The notes beneath the pieces were generated by a model. That model worked only from the letters and a program-made list of their open reading frames with translations, was not told the origin of the DNA and made no database searches. Shown one piece after another: positions 11,116-23,654 of a stretch of DNA of 64,000 nucleotides. Each line of letters begins with the position of its first letter. Position 1 is the first letter of the stretch. The stretch lies in the NCBI GenBank assembly GCA_030390025.1, contig CM059432.1, positions 33,730,001 to 33,794,000 on the forward strand. Reading direction: 5' to 3'. A program made the translations under genes and the position numbers. The DNA comes from Squalus acanthias (lineage: Eukaryota).

Positions 11116-13528
11116 GTGTGGAGGACGAATTCTTGGAATGCATGCGAGATGGTTTCCTGGATCAGTATGTGGAGGAACCAACCAGGCAACAGGCTATTCT
11201 GGATCTGGTACTATGTAATGAGAAAGGGCTAATCAATAATCTTGTGGTAAAGGGGCCTTTAGGGACAAGTGACCATAATATGATTGAATTTTACATTAAG
11301 TTTGAGAGTGATGTAGTCCAATCTGAAACTAAGGTCTTCAATCTAAACAGAGGAAACTACAAGGGTATGAGGGTCAAGTTGGCCATGGTAGATTGGGAGG
11401 CTACACTAAAAGGTATGAAGCCAGACATACAATGGCTAACATTCAAGGAAATAATGCATAATTTGAAACAAACATATATTCCTCTAGGGCATAAAAACCC
11501 AATAGGAAAAGTGATCCAACCATGGCTAACAAAAGAAATTAAAGCTAGTATTAAGTCAAAGGAGGAAGCTTTAAAAGTTGCCAGAAAAAGCGATCAGCCT
11601 GAGGATTGGGATCTTTTTAGAAATCAGCATAGGGGGACCAAGAAATTGATAAAGAAAGGGAAAATGGAATATGAGCACAAACTAGCGAAAAATATAAAAA
11701 CGGATTGTAAAAGCTTCTATAGGTATGTGAAAAGGAAAAGACTGGCGAAGGTAAATGTAGGTCCTTTACAGTCAGAGACGGGAGAATTTATAATGGGGAA
11801 TGAGGAAATGGCAGCGAAATTAAATAAGTACTTTGTTTCTGTCTTCATGGAGGAAGACACAAAAAACCTCCCAGAAATACGAGAAAACCAAGGGTGTGGT
11901 GAGAATGAGGAACTTAAAGAAATTATTATTAGTAAAAAAACAGTACTAGCAAAATTAATGGGACTAAAAGTCGATAAATCCCAAGGACCGGATGACCGAC
12001 ATCCTAGGGTTTTGAAAGAGGTGGCCATTGGTATAGTGGACGCATTGGTTGTCATCTTCCAAAATTCTATAGATTCTGGAACGGTTCCTGCAGATTGGAG
12101 GATAGCAAATGTAACCCCACTATTTAAGAAAGGAGGGAGAGAGAAAACGGGGAACTACAGACCTGTTAGCCTCACATCAGTAGTTGGGAAAATGCTGGAA
12201 TCTATTATAAAGGATGCAATAACTGGGCACTTAGAAACTAATAGTAAGATTGGGCAGAGTCAACACGGATTTATGAAAGGGAAATCCTGTTTGACAAACC
12301 GATTGAAGTTCTTTGAGGATGTAACTAGTGGAGTAGACAAAGGGGAACCGGTAGATGTGGTGTATCTGGATTTTCAGAAGGCCTTTGATAAGGTCCCACA
12401 CAAGAGGTTGGTGAACAAAATTAGGGCACATGGAATTGGGGGTAATATACTAGCATGGATTGAGAATTGGTTAACAGACAGAAAACAAAGAGTAGGGATA
12501 AACGGGTCTTTTTCAGGATGGCAGGCTGTGACTAGTGGGGTACCGCAAGGATCGGTGCTTGGGCCCCAGCTATTCACAATCTATATCAATGATTTGGATG
12601 AGGGGACTAAATGTAACATTTTCAAATTTGCTGATGATACAAAGCTAGGTGGCAGTGTCAGTTGTGAAGAGGATGTGAAGAGGCTTCAGGGGGATCTCGA
12701 CAGGTTCAGTGAGTGGGCGAGAACATGGCAGATGGAATATAATGTGGATAAATGTGAAGTTATTCACTTTGGTAGAAAAAACAGAAAGGCAGAGTATTTC
12801 CTAAATGGTGAAAGATTGGGGAATGCAGATGCTAAAAGGGACCTGGGTGTCCTTGTACATGAGTCACTGAAAATGAATGTGCAGGTGCAGCAAGCCATTA
12901 GGAAGGCAAATGGTATGCTGGCCTTCATTACAAGAGGATTTGAGTACAGGAGTAAAGAAGTCTTACTCCAATTATATAGGGCCTTGGTCAGACCATACCC
13001 GGAGTACTGTGCTCAATTTTGGTTTCCTTACCTAAGGAAGGATATACTTGCCATAGAGGGAGTGCAATGAAGGTTCATGAGATTGATTCCTGGGATGGCG
13101 GGATTGTCATATGAGAAGAGATTGAGTAAACTAGGCCTGTATTTTCTTGAATTCAGAAGAATGAGAGGGGATCTCATTGAAGCATACAAAATTATTACAG
13201 GGCTTGATAGGGTGGATGCTGGGAGAATGTTTCCCTTGGCTGGGGAGTCTAGAACCAGGAGCCACAGTCTCAGGATAAAGGGTAGGCCATTCAGGACTGA
13301 GATGAGAAGAAATTTCTTCACACAGAGGGTGGTGAATCTTTGGAATTCTCTACCCCAGAGGGCTGTGGAGGCTCAGTCATTGGGTATATTCAAAACAGAA
13401 GTCGATAGATTTCTGACTAGTAAAGGCATCAAGGGATATGGCAATAGGGCCGGTGAATGGAGTTGAGGCAGAAGATCAGCCGAATGGCCTACTCCTGCTC
13501 CTATTTCTTATGTTCTTATGTTCTTATG
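11116..13528 (+). mobile_element. 5'-truncated CR1 LINE with near-intact ORF2, nested in the older LINE
   Basis: ORFs 11106-13070 and 13077-13466 share a frame separated by one TGA; motifs [27 protein letters not shown]; (TTCTTATG)n tail. Confidence 0.95.
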
Positions 13529-13800
13529 TCCACCACCATTATCGTCTGGATGTGGCAGGGCTGCACAGCTTTGATCTGATCCGTTGATTGTGGGATCGCT
13601 TAGCCCTGTCTATAGCATGCTGCTTCCACTTTTTAGCATGCATGTAGTCCTGTGTTGCAGCTTCCCCAGGTTGGCACCTCATTTTTAGGTACGCCTGGTG
13701 CTGTTCCTGGCATGCTCTTCTACACTCCTTATTGAACCAGGGTTGGTCCCCTGGCTTGATGGTAATGGTAGAGTGAGGGATATGCCATGAGGTTACAGAT
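13529..13800 (-). mobile_element. Continuation of the LINE at 9342-11115
   Basis: ORF 13539-13838 (KPGDQPWFNKECRRAC..RIRSKLCSPATSR) runs into the sequence on the other side of the CR1 insertion. Confidence 0.8.
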
Positions 13801-13934
13801 AGTGACTCTTGAGTCACTAAAGAGGTACGATGCTGCAATGGGTGGAGGGTTGTAGGATTTTAAGGAGGAATGAGTTAGATGGCCTGCCCTATCTCAACTT
13901 CTTGAACTTTAATGTCCACCTAAACAGGCATAAA

Positions 13935-14500
13935 ATTACATAGAAATTACAATGTGGAAATGGGCTATTGGGCCCAACTGCTGGCATTTATCCTCCACAT
14001 GAACATTTGTCCTAATCCCATGTATCCACCCTGTTCCCATATCCCTTCATCCCCTTTTCTTTCTTCCATCTATCCAATCTAACCTTGAATGTTGACATAG
14101 TTTCTGCCTCAACCACTAACCTGAAAGTGAATTCCACAGCCCCACAACTCTCTGTGTGAAGAAGTTTCTCCTGCACTCTTCTAAATCTCTTACATTTAAT
14201 CTTGTACCTGTGGCCCCTCCTAGACCCCCTCAACTACTGGAAACAATCTGCTTCTATATAACCTGTGCCCTCCTCACATAATTTTAAACAATTCGATGAT
14301 ATAGCCCTATAATCTGCCTTGATCTAACGGAAATAGTCCTGATTTCTTTCTTCATCTTGTATTTTGTCATACCAGGCAGCATCCTAGTGAATCCGCACTG
14401 CAACCTCTCCAGATTCTCAATATCCTTCCTATAGTGTGGAACCCAGTACTGCACACAATAATCTAACTGAGGTGTTATGAAGGTTTTAGATAGGCTCATC
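13935..14500 (-). mobile_element. Degenerate CR1 3' fragment
   Basis: PQLDYCVQYWVPHYRKDI and RGHRYKI..KGYGNRVDTWD. Confidence 0.8.
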
Positions 14501-14661
14501 ATTACCTCTTGGCTGCACTGGAGTGCTACCCTAGATTGTGCATTTAAAGTCTGATGTGGGGCTTGAACCCACAACCCTCTGGCTCAGAGACAAAAAGTGC
14601 TAACTGATTGAGCCAAGCTAACGCAAGAAGCTCATGAACAGTTTACACCTGGGAGAATAAT

Positions 14662-15374
14662 GGCCCGTATTTTCCGACCCCCATGGGTGTGTACAAGCTG
14701 TGTACAGACCCGTAGGGGCCTCGCAAGTGCATGCGCTGAAAACCGGCACTTCCGATCTGTCAGATCTTGACAGATCATCCGCCTGCCCAGGAAAAGGGCC
14801 TCTGCGGGTGGAGAGTTCCGCTTTCTGCACAATCTCCACCCGCTGAAAACCCTTAAAAATCTTACGCCTGGTAAAAGCAGGCATAAGGCCTGCTTTTACC
14901 AGCATTAAATTTTTTTTCACTCATTTATAATTTTAAAAGACTTTTAAAAAAGGTAAGTCTATTTTTAGCCCCATAAAAAACTTTAATTATTTTTTTCAAA
15001 AAATTTAATTTTTGTTTAATGTAATTGTAACTAATTTTAAATACGTGATGATTTTTTAAAAATGTATTTAATGTTTTAGTGTATTTTTTGACTGATCCCC
15101 ATTCATACTTTTGACGGGTCTACGCTGAGAGACCTGTCAAAAGTGTGAAGTGTGATTCCCTTCTTTGATTGGTTCCCCATGGCCCATGTGATCCCAGGGA
15201 CGCTTGCGAACTGCTGACGCCGCTGGGATACCTGGGCCTCGGCGCGCGCGCGCACCAGGAGAGGCCCAGGAGCGGAAGTGTTGGGACCTACAGAGCCAGC
15301 AGGTAAGTTCGTAGATTTTTTTCCAGATCGGAGGCATCCGCACGCAGGAAGCCTCCGATCGGAAAATCCGGCCC
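14662..15374. mobile_element. Non-autonomous Harbinger-type DNA transposon (MITE-like, 713 bp)
   Basis: TIRs GGCCCGTATTTTCCGA / TCGGAAAATCCGGCCC; 3-bp TSD AAT (14659-14661, 15375-15377); several internal hairpins. Confidence 0.8.
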
Positions 15375-15644
15375 AATATGTATTGTGGGGCGGCTCAGCT
15401 GGCACTGGAGGAATCTCAAACCCTCCATTCCATGTGGTGAGAGAGAAATGCCAGGAATTGCTGGCACACAAGAGGGGAAAGGACAGGAGCAGTGGGAGAT
15501 GGTGGCCTCCCCTGTGTTGTATCCACTGTTGGTACAATATGGCTAAACAAGGAATCTGAATCACTCCTGAGTCATTATTTATTTTTACTCTCAGGGTGAG
15601 GAAGGGAGAAAATCAAGGAGAAAATAAATAAAAATTAGAAAGAA

Positions 15645-16060
15645 GGACTTGCAATTTATATAGCTCCTGATCACCTCTCTCAGAATACAATAACTGCAGT
15701 GTTCGTTATGTAGGCGACGTGCACAGCAAGATCCCCAAAACAGCAATAAGAGGAATGGCCAGTTAATTATCATTTTTTCGATGATGTTGGTTGAGAGAAG
15801 ATTCCGCCAGCATGACATTCACCTCCAGCGTTAGTGGCTGTCTAGTCTAGGATACCGGGAGAATTCTCTGCTTGTCTTCTGAAAAGTGCCACGTGATCTT
15901 TAACGTCCACAGAACAACTGGGACAGGCCTTCGGTTTAACACCTCAATCCAAAGGACTAGACCTCCCACTGTCTCAGTCCTGTACTTCAATGTCAACCTG
16001 GCTCATGTGCTGGTGTCCGGGAATGGGATTGGAACCCACCATCTTCTGAGAGGTGAGAGA
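15645..16060 (-). mobile_element. Degenerate Deu-domain SINE
   Basis: Partial matches to 1850-2188 (GACTTGCA..TATAG, GCACAGCAAGATCCC, GGCCTTCGGTTTAAC). Confidence 0.5.
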
Positions 16061-16994
16061 GTGCTTGAAACTCGTGCAATCCCAATCAACAGCCACAAGA
16101 TGTCACTAGCGCCCCCTTTTCCCCCACCGCCCCGTAAGTTTTAATTGCAATGACAGCGCCCTGCATCCTGGCGGCATGGAGTGCAGCGTCAGGCATTCCC
16201 GGCACATTCGAGTCTTGTTTTTGCAGCTCTGCACTATCATCGCTGTAGTACAGTCTGTCAGTGACCTCTTAGACTGTCCACAGCACTAATTAAGGGTGGG
16301 GCTCTCCGTTCCACACAACGCACTGAAGCCAGATATTGTGTTTTGAGTCTCTCAACTTGCTTCTTGTTTCAAAGCAAAATATTAGAATCCAGATTTCCCA
16401 CAACCTTTGCCTTTCATTAAACCAGATGCGGGGATTTAAACAAAACATGAGATTGTTCTGGGTTTTTGCGAGGCCAGTCATTATAGGATCTAATTATTTT
16501 CCAGTAAGTAAAAGACAATTTCCAATTTAGAAAGTCCGATACCTAATCTTTTGTGCCTGACTATAATTATGTGTCTGAGGAACAGACTTCCTTATTTTCT
16601 TGGTTTAGTTCAAATTAAGAGAGATTAGACTCAGTAAGATGTCACCCCCAGCACGGAGGTACGTCAGATGCTTTTTTTTACAACCTCTTCTTTCAACTTT
16701 CTGCTCTCCTCACCTGAGCGCGGTGACCCACAGGCATCAGTCACACCCCGCCCCCCAACTCCCACAGAACCTTGCTCGAGAGGTCATCCTTCATATGTGA
16801 GGATCGACAGTGAATGTTGACAGGCGAACTGACCATCTATTTGACCCAAGCATGCACTGACCAGCAAGGGTCACTGGCTAGAAATCAGAGGCATGAGGCT
16901 TGGCAGATTATTTTCCTCCCTCACTCAAGGGCACTGGGACCTTCTTGGTCCATGTGACTCAGTATTGCATTGCACACTGACATTATCAATTCAA

Positions 16995-17295
16995 CAACTT
17001 GTTTATATAGCTCCTTTAACAGGAAAGCGCCCCAAGGTACTTCACAGGAGTGTAATCAGAGAAAAAATGACACCGAGCCGAAGAAGGAGACATTAGGACA
17101 GGTCACCAAAAGCTTGGTCAAAGAGGTAGGTATTAAGGAGCATCTTAAAGGAGGAGAGAGAGGTGGAGAGACGGAGAGGTTTAGGGAGGGAATTCCAGAG
17201 CTGAAGGCACGGCTGCTAATGGTGGGGGGAGCAAGGTTGGGGGTTGTACAAGAGGCCAGAAACGGAGGAACGCAGAATTCTCAGAAGGTTGTAAC
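16995..17295 (-). mobile_element. L2 LINE 3' fragment
   Basis: Same family as 34490-35400 (GACCAAAAGCTTGGTCAAAGAGGTAGG..GGAATTCCAGAG). Confidence 0.55.
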
Positions 17296-17894
17296 GCTAA
17301 TACTGTTCCTCTCTCCACAGATGCTGCCTGATCTGCTGAGTGTTTCCAGTATTTTCTGTTTTTATTTCAGATTTCCAACATCCGCAGTATTTTGCCTTTG
17401 CATCTATTTATCTCCAGTCCATTTACATTGTCTGCTTCAATGATCACAAAATCGCAAGATAGTTTCAGACCAACAAGACCCGATGGCTCATTTGATCTCT
17501 TCCTTCTAGAATGCCAACCCTACTACCTTACATTACAGCATCTCACTGTTTCTAAAATCAGTCCAATGTATTGGTTGCAACCACCCTTTCGGGTAAGCAC
17601 TTCAGGCTGTTGATCCCCCTCTGCATAGAGGAATACTTCCTGGTGTCTGTCCTTTATCTGTCCCCTCTTGTCATTCTGTATTGGCACATCTAAATATAAT
17701 TCTCCACATTTACCTTCTCTGTCCCATTAAGTGTCTTATATATCTCTATAAAGTCATTGAGACATCTCTTTATATCAATTCCTTTTTCATGGCTCATTTT
17801 TGAACACTGGGGATTAGCCTCATTGCTCTCCTCTGCACTGCTCCCAGGGACTAGCTTGTCCCCCTTATGTTGTTAACATACACTGTATGCCTTG

Positions 17895-18142
17895 AGAACA
17901 CCATCACCTCCAAGATCCCTTCTAAGTCACATACCATCTGGACTTGGACATATATCACTGTAGCTTCATCGTGGCTGAGTCAAAATCCCAGAATTCCATA
18001 CCTAATACCGTAGTGGGAGCACCATCAGCCCAAGGACCGCAGTGGTTCAAGGAGAAGGACCACCACCGCCTTCTCAGGGTAACTGAGGTTGTGAAATAAA
18101 TGCAGCCTTCCCAGTATTACCCACACCCTGAGAACAATTAAT
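17895..18142 (+). mobile_element. 3' end of the LINE family at 9342-11115
   Basis: GAACACCATCACCTCCAAG..AAGTCACATACCATC..GGTTCAAG..CACCACC..CTTCTC matches the reverse complement of 9360-9600. Confidence 0.65.
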
Positions 18143-19429
18143 AAAATGCTCTCCTGATGCCTCAGCATGTACATGGCCTTCTCTGTTCTGCCAGCCTTCC
18201 TCCTCTTAACGTCCTCATTTTTAACTTGTGTCCCTGGGATTTGAACCCTTCACCATAGGGAACAAGCAGCGCAGCATTTAAATTCAAGATGGGAATAGCA
18301 TCAGCCTCAATGCCCCCTTCCCCGGCTTCTGGTCAACAACAACGCACACTTATATCACACCTTCAATGTACCAAAACATCCCAAGGTGCTTCGCAAGAGA
18401 GGAAGAAAATCGGTGGCTGAACAAGTATTAGGAGATGAGTTGGGGAGGTGATTGAATGTATGAAAGGGATGGGGGGGTCGCAGAGGCTTGTGAAGGTGCG
18501 CAGAGAAGGCAGAAGGATTTAGAAAGAGAATTCCAGAGTGCAGGGCACGTGACGGGTGAAGGCTCCATGTGCAATGATGGAGTGGAGGTAAGATAGTCCC
18601 CACTCAGAAGAACTCAGGGTATTTGCTGGGATGGAAGGTAGGGAGAGTAGAGCAAAACCACGGGGGGATTTATAGATGAGCACCAGGAGCTTGAAATCAG
18701 TGCGTTGCGAGACGGGTAGCCAGTAGAGCTCGGCGAGGAGAGGGGTGATGGGTGAATAGTTTTTAATAAGGGATAGATTGAGGGCATCAGTTCACAGATT
18801 AGCCTTGGAGAGAATTCTAAACACATGCCGAGTGAAACTGTGTACAATGACAGCCAGAAATATTCTATTTCTTAGTCCCTCAGCTTCATGAGAACAAAAA
18901 GTAAATTCAACAAATCCCATTGTTTTCTTTCTCTTTTGTTCAGAAGAGACCTCCAGAGCAGTAACACCTCGTGTGTCCTTCCTCCAGAGCCCCTTCCCCT
19001 AACCCACCCACTGCAGTGTCCCAGCACAAAGCCAGCCGTCTTCCTGACATAAACACCTGCTTCCTCCTTCTTTAATCACCGTGTCTCTCCTGAAGGCAGA
19101 ATCGCTTATATATGTGCTACTGCCTCTTGAGTTTAACTGCAGTCTTGCACAATTTTATTTTCTTTGCCTTGTTTTTAACACATCAGCAAATAAAATCAGT
19201 GGACTTTCCAAGATTCTAAGGGGCGCAGCTAAACTGAACTCTAGCAAACTGTCTGGCAGAATCTCAAACTGTAACCAGGGACTATGGTTCTGAACTCAGA
19301 AAAAAGAAGGGAAACAGAAAATTTATTACAGAATTTGGTGTAGGTTGTGCTCATTTTATGCCCAAAGAACGGGCGCAAAGTGTACCAATTTCTCCCCAAT
19401 TTACCTTTAACTGGAATAGAGATCTGAAA

Positions 19430-20200
19430 CTACAGTTATGAGAAGAGACTTGAGATACTGGGACTATTTACATAGAATGACGTAGAATGTCCATCACAGA
19501 AACAGGCCATTCAGCCCAACTGGTCCATGCTGGTGTTTATGCTCCACACGAGCCTCCTCCCACCCCTCTTAATCTAATCCTATCAGCATAATCCTCTATG
19601 CCTTTCTCCCTCATGTGTTTATCGAGCTTCCCCTTAAATACATCGATGCGATTCGCCTCAACTACTCCTAGTTCTAGAGAAAAGAGCTGGAGTGGAGATG
19701 ACTGAGGAGATTTACTGGAGGTTTTCAAGATTATTAAGGATTTAATAGGGTGAAAAAGGAGATTCAGTCACAGGGGGTCATCACTTGAAAAGGGATGAGG
19801 AGACAAGTTGGTACAAATGTCTTTCCAGAGAAGGCCAGGCAGCATCTGTGGAGAGAGAAACAGAGTTAACGTCTGTGACCCTTTGTCAGAACTCTCTCCA
19901 CAGATGCTGCCTGGCTTGCTGAGTGTTTGCAGCATTTTCTGTTGTTAATTCAGATTTCCAGCATCCGCAGTATTTTGCTATTCTTTACAGAGGAGGTTGT
20001 TCAAGCATGGAATGCTTTCCCACAAGGAATGGCTGAAGCTAGGGTGGTTGCAATTTTGAAGAAAAATTGGATAAATAATTGAAGCAGAGGAAGATGTAGG
20101 GCTATGGGGAGACTGCAGAGCAGTGGGATTGGTTTGGATTACTCTATAAAGGGCTAGCATAGATATGATGGGCTGAAAAGCCTCTTCCTGTACTGTAAAT
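19430..20200. mobile_element. Nested CR1 3' fragments (both strands) with a Penelope-type insert at ~19830-19980
   Basis: CR1 C-terminal remnants (FKGKLDKHMREKGI); GATGCTGCCTGG..CAGATTTCCAGCATCCGCAGTATTTTG shared with 36445-36527. Confidence 0.6.
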
Positions 20201-20303
20201 TTTTGCTGTTCTATTGTATTTCATACAGAATAAATCACAGATTAGCACAGCACCACAATGGTCCATCAAGTCTGTACCGGCACTTTTCTTCATATGAGCC
20301 ACC

Positions 20304-20586
20304 TACTCTAATCGTACTCCCCTGCTCACTCTCCACGCCCTTTAATATCCCACCTGGTCTAGTCTTCCTCTTCTGCTCACTCCCCATACTCTTTAATATC
20401 TCACCTAGTCTAATCCCACTATCCTACTCACTCCACATGCCTTTTAATATACCAACTAGTCTAATCCCACTTTCCTGCTCACTCCCCATACCCTTTAATA
20501 TCCCACCTAGCCTAATCCCATTCTCCTGCTCACTCCCCATACCTTTTAATATCCCACCTGGCCTGAGCCCACTCTCCTGCTCACTC
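20304..20586. repeat. 51-bp minisatellite, ~5.5 copies
   Basis: Unit TAGTCTAATCCCACTTTCCTGCTCACTCCCCATACCCTTTAATATCCCACC; 17-aa periodicity in ORFs 20203-20694 and 20424-20669. Confidence 0.9.
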
Positions 20587-20859
20587 AGTACCAGGGATTT
20601 TGAAGCAATATTCTTTTCACTATATATTATTGATAGACTGCCTGGTTTGGTGCTGTGCAGGCTAAACAATGATGGAAGGTGTGTATTTGAGTAATATCAT
20701 AAACTAGGAGAGGAAACTACTGCCACTATGTAATGTTATAGTATACACATTTATAGATGTTCCTTTACACCACTTAATATCATTGCTTCATTTCAGTGTG
20801 AGTATGTAATTTAGAAATGACCTCTTAATGATCAATCTCTGTCAATGCTGTGAAAGAAA

Positions 20860-21095
20860 TAACTTGCATTTATATAGCAATTTTCCTGACCTCAGGACAT
20901 CCCAAAGCACTTTACAGCTAATGAAGGACTTTTGAAGTGAAGTCACTGTTGTAATATAGGAAACGCGACAGCCAATTTGCACACAGCAAGATCCCACAGA
21001 ACGGCAATGAAAACAATGATCAGGTCATCTATTTTAGGTGTTGGCTGAGGTATAAATTTTTTACCAGGACACTGGGGTGAGCTCCCCTGCTCCCC
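20860..21095 (-). mobile_element. Deu-domain SINE 3' half
   Basis: Matches 1850-2080. Confidence 0.65.
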
Positions 21096-21785
21096 GTCAA
21101 AATTAAGCAACTGTTTACATTGAGAGCGCATACCAACTGCAAGGTGACGTTTGTAAGCAGAGCCTGAGGCCATCTGCGTAAGGCTGTTTTAAAACCTGTA
21201 ATAATTAAAATTCTTTATCATTCAGTTTTGAATTTTAATAAATCTAAAACAAGTTCAACATAAGAACAATATGTGCGATGGTGACAAAGGAATGATTATC
21301 TTTCATCCCCCTCCACCATGCATGGTACCCTGTGCCTGAAAAGGAACAGTATATCTCCATTTCCTGGCTGGGGTCATTTGCACGGCCCGGGGGTTCCCTC
21401 CTGAGAGAGAGGCCTGAGAAAAAAAGAGGTCCTTCTCCCTTCATACTTTTATAAGTTGTACATTTATCCATTTACTGGGCTAACCTTTTATTTTAATTCA
21501 TTCTCGGGCTGTGGGCATCACTGGCAAGACTTGCATTTGTTACCCATCATCTGCTGCCCTGAGAAGGTGGTGGCAGGCTGCATTCTTGAACCATTGCAGT
21601 GGTATTGAGGCAGCTGAATGCCTTGCTGGGCAATTTCAGTGAGCAGTTAAGGGTCAACCACATTGGCATGCCACTGGAGTCACACATAGGCCAGACCGGG
21701 TAAGGACAGCAGGTTTCCTTCCCTAAACAAGACTGAAAACTTGAAGAACTGGCAAGTCCATCAGTGTGACTATATCCATCGAACT

Positions 21786-21935
21786 GGGGGCTCCCGTAGC
21801 ATAGTAGATAGTGCGCTTGCCTCGCAAGCAAGAGAACTCAGGTACGATTACCAGGTGAGCAATTTTCCTTACTCCAAATGCCTCTGTTCGCCAAGCAGTA
21901 AGTAGGAACCTGGGTGTTAGCTGATTGGCGTATTG
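21786..21935 (+). mobile_element. tRNA-derived SINE head (old)
   Basis: GGGGGCTCCCGTAGCATAGTAG (A-box-like) and GGTACGATTACC (B-box-like); no complete cloverleaf. Confidence 0.4.
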
Positions 21936-22505
21936 CTTTCCGGGATAATAGTTCTGCCATGGTGGATAGCGAGTGGTATGGCCTTCTCTGTTTCCTTGAC
22001 ACCAGGTTACACTGCCTTCTGCCTCAGGGTGAGGTTGTTCGGGGACAGCACCTTGTACCCTGTATAAAAAAAGTTCACATACCCGGGTGTTTGCATATCA
22101 CATATGAAAGGCCATGTTCAACAAGAAAGGGCAAATTATTATCATTATCCATCAGACTTCTGGGGTGCTCTGCGCATTTAAGGGCTGAGAGGAGACCTGA
22201 GGCCCAAGGATTGTGCTGGGGAGAAACAAACTATCCATAGATCTTCAGGGTGCTCCTGGAACCAGCTCTTTTTTGGGGGGGGTGCTTCATGGACGTTCAC
22301 AGAGGAAAGTGAGATAGGAGGGCCCATGCTACCACAGGCCTAGGCCAAGTGACACCCAATTGGTGAACCTCCTGAAATCTCAGAGTAGCATAGCTGTGGG
22401 TGGGACGTGGAGACTCCATTCCCATTCTGTGCCTGCCGAACTCTACATTTATCTCTGGAGACGTAGATGTAGATGTGATTGGATGGAAGAATAGCTCCAC
22501 TTATT

Positions 22506-23143
22506 GGGCTGGATTTTGATACTGGGGCGGGTTGGGGTCGTGTCATCCACTTTTCGTGTTATCCACCCGACTGCAATTGGATGTGGGAGATTGATGCAAT
22601 TTTCACCTAATTGGGCAATTGAGTTCCAGCATGTGGGAACCCATGACCCAATTAGTGTTTTCAGTCTGAAAGTCGCCTCTGATGATATCATCATTGCTGC
22701 TGCATTGAAGGTCTTCAGAGACTGCCTGGCCTTTGCTGTGAGAGGACCTGGATGCAAAATGAGCAGCAGCCCTAAGTCTGCTCCCACATATTTTTACACC
22801 ACCACTCAGAGAGAGAGAGAGAGAGAGATCCAGCCAGCCAAATGTGCTCCCTCCAGGTTTCACAATCATGGTTCAGAACAGGCGTGCTTCACGTAGAACA
22901 AGGGTTAAAATCACAAAGGCCTTTCAAAATGGCATTATAGAGCCAATTTAGTGCTTGTTAAGGGCCTTAACAACCTATCCCGTCTCTTAAAGGCGGGACG
23001 CAGTCGGGACCAGCAGACACGATTTCATGAAAATTGCGTGGAGGCGGGATGGAGGCGGACTTGTGCCCGCCCGCCAGTTTTCGCAATTTTAACCCCCCAC
23101 ACGCCTCCAAACCCGCCTCCACGGGTCAATGAAAATCCAGCCC
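22506..23143. mobile_element. Non-autonomous Harbinger element (family of 47497, 48289 and 55893)
   Basis: TIRs GGGCTGGATTTT / AAAATCCAGCCC; internal sequence shared with 55893-56680; TSD not clear. Confidence 0.85.
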
Positions 23144-23654
23144 TTCGTGTGGAGCAACACTGCAAGTAGATCCAAAAGGAACGTGCTTACGATTTCAATA
23201 CACATGGCAAACAGGGAAACTCTTCCCCCTCCCTTTGGAACAAATCCTAGCTGTACTTGCCAGCCTCAACTGCCTTGGTGGAAATGAGCCCAATAAAAGC
23301 TGTGCGTGTTAAGCATTGTTAAATCCTTGTTAAAGAACAGCCTCAATAGAATCACTCAGTGCTGCCCAGCTTGGAGTAACAAAACAAGTTTCGCTGATCA
23401 AAACCAGTGAGTTAGTCACGTAAAGGTCTGGCGCAGTGTCAACGGCTCTCCACCTCACTGGCAGGAGTGCAACAGTGCAGCTGAGTTTTTGTCACCGCGA
23501 CCTGGGTTCCGCGGCAACCATCGGCAATCCCTGGGCTACTCCTGAAGTTATGGCAGGAATAGGCTGGAAGGGATGTGGATTTTCAGGGCCTATGATTTTA
23601 TCTATTCCAAGTGGCTTTGGTTTATTTAGTGAATGAATGGTGGCAGCATTTCCA

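Noticed and set aside
20304..20586. CRISPR-like array
   Set aside because: Head-to-tail units with no unique spacers, CR1-derived, eukaryotic context
21786..21860. tRNA gene
   Set aside because: Only degenerate A/B boxes without a full cloverleaf; better explained as a SINE head
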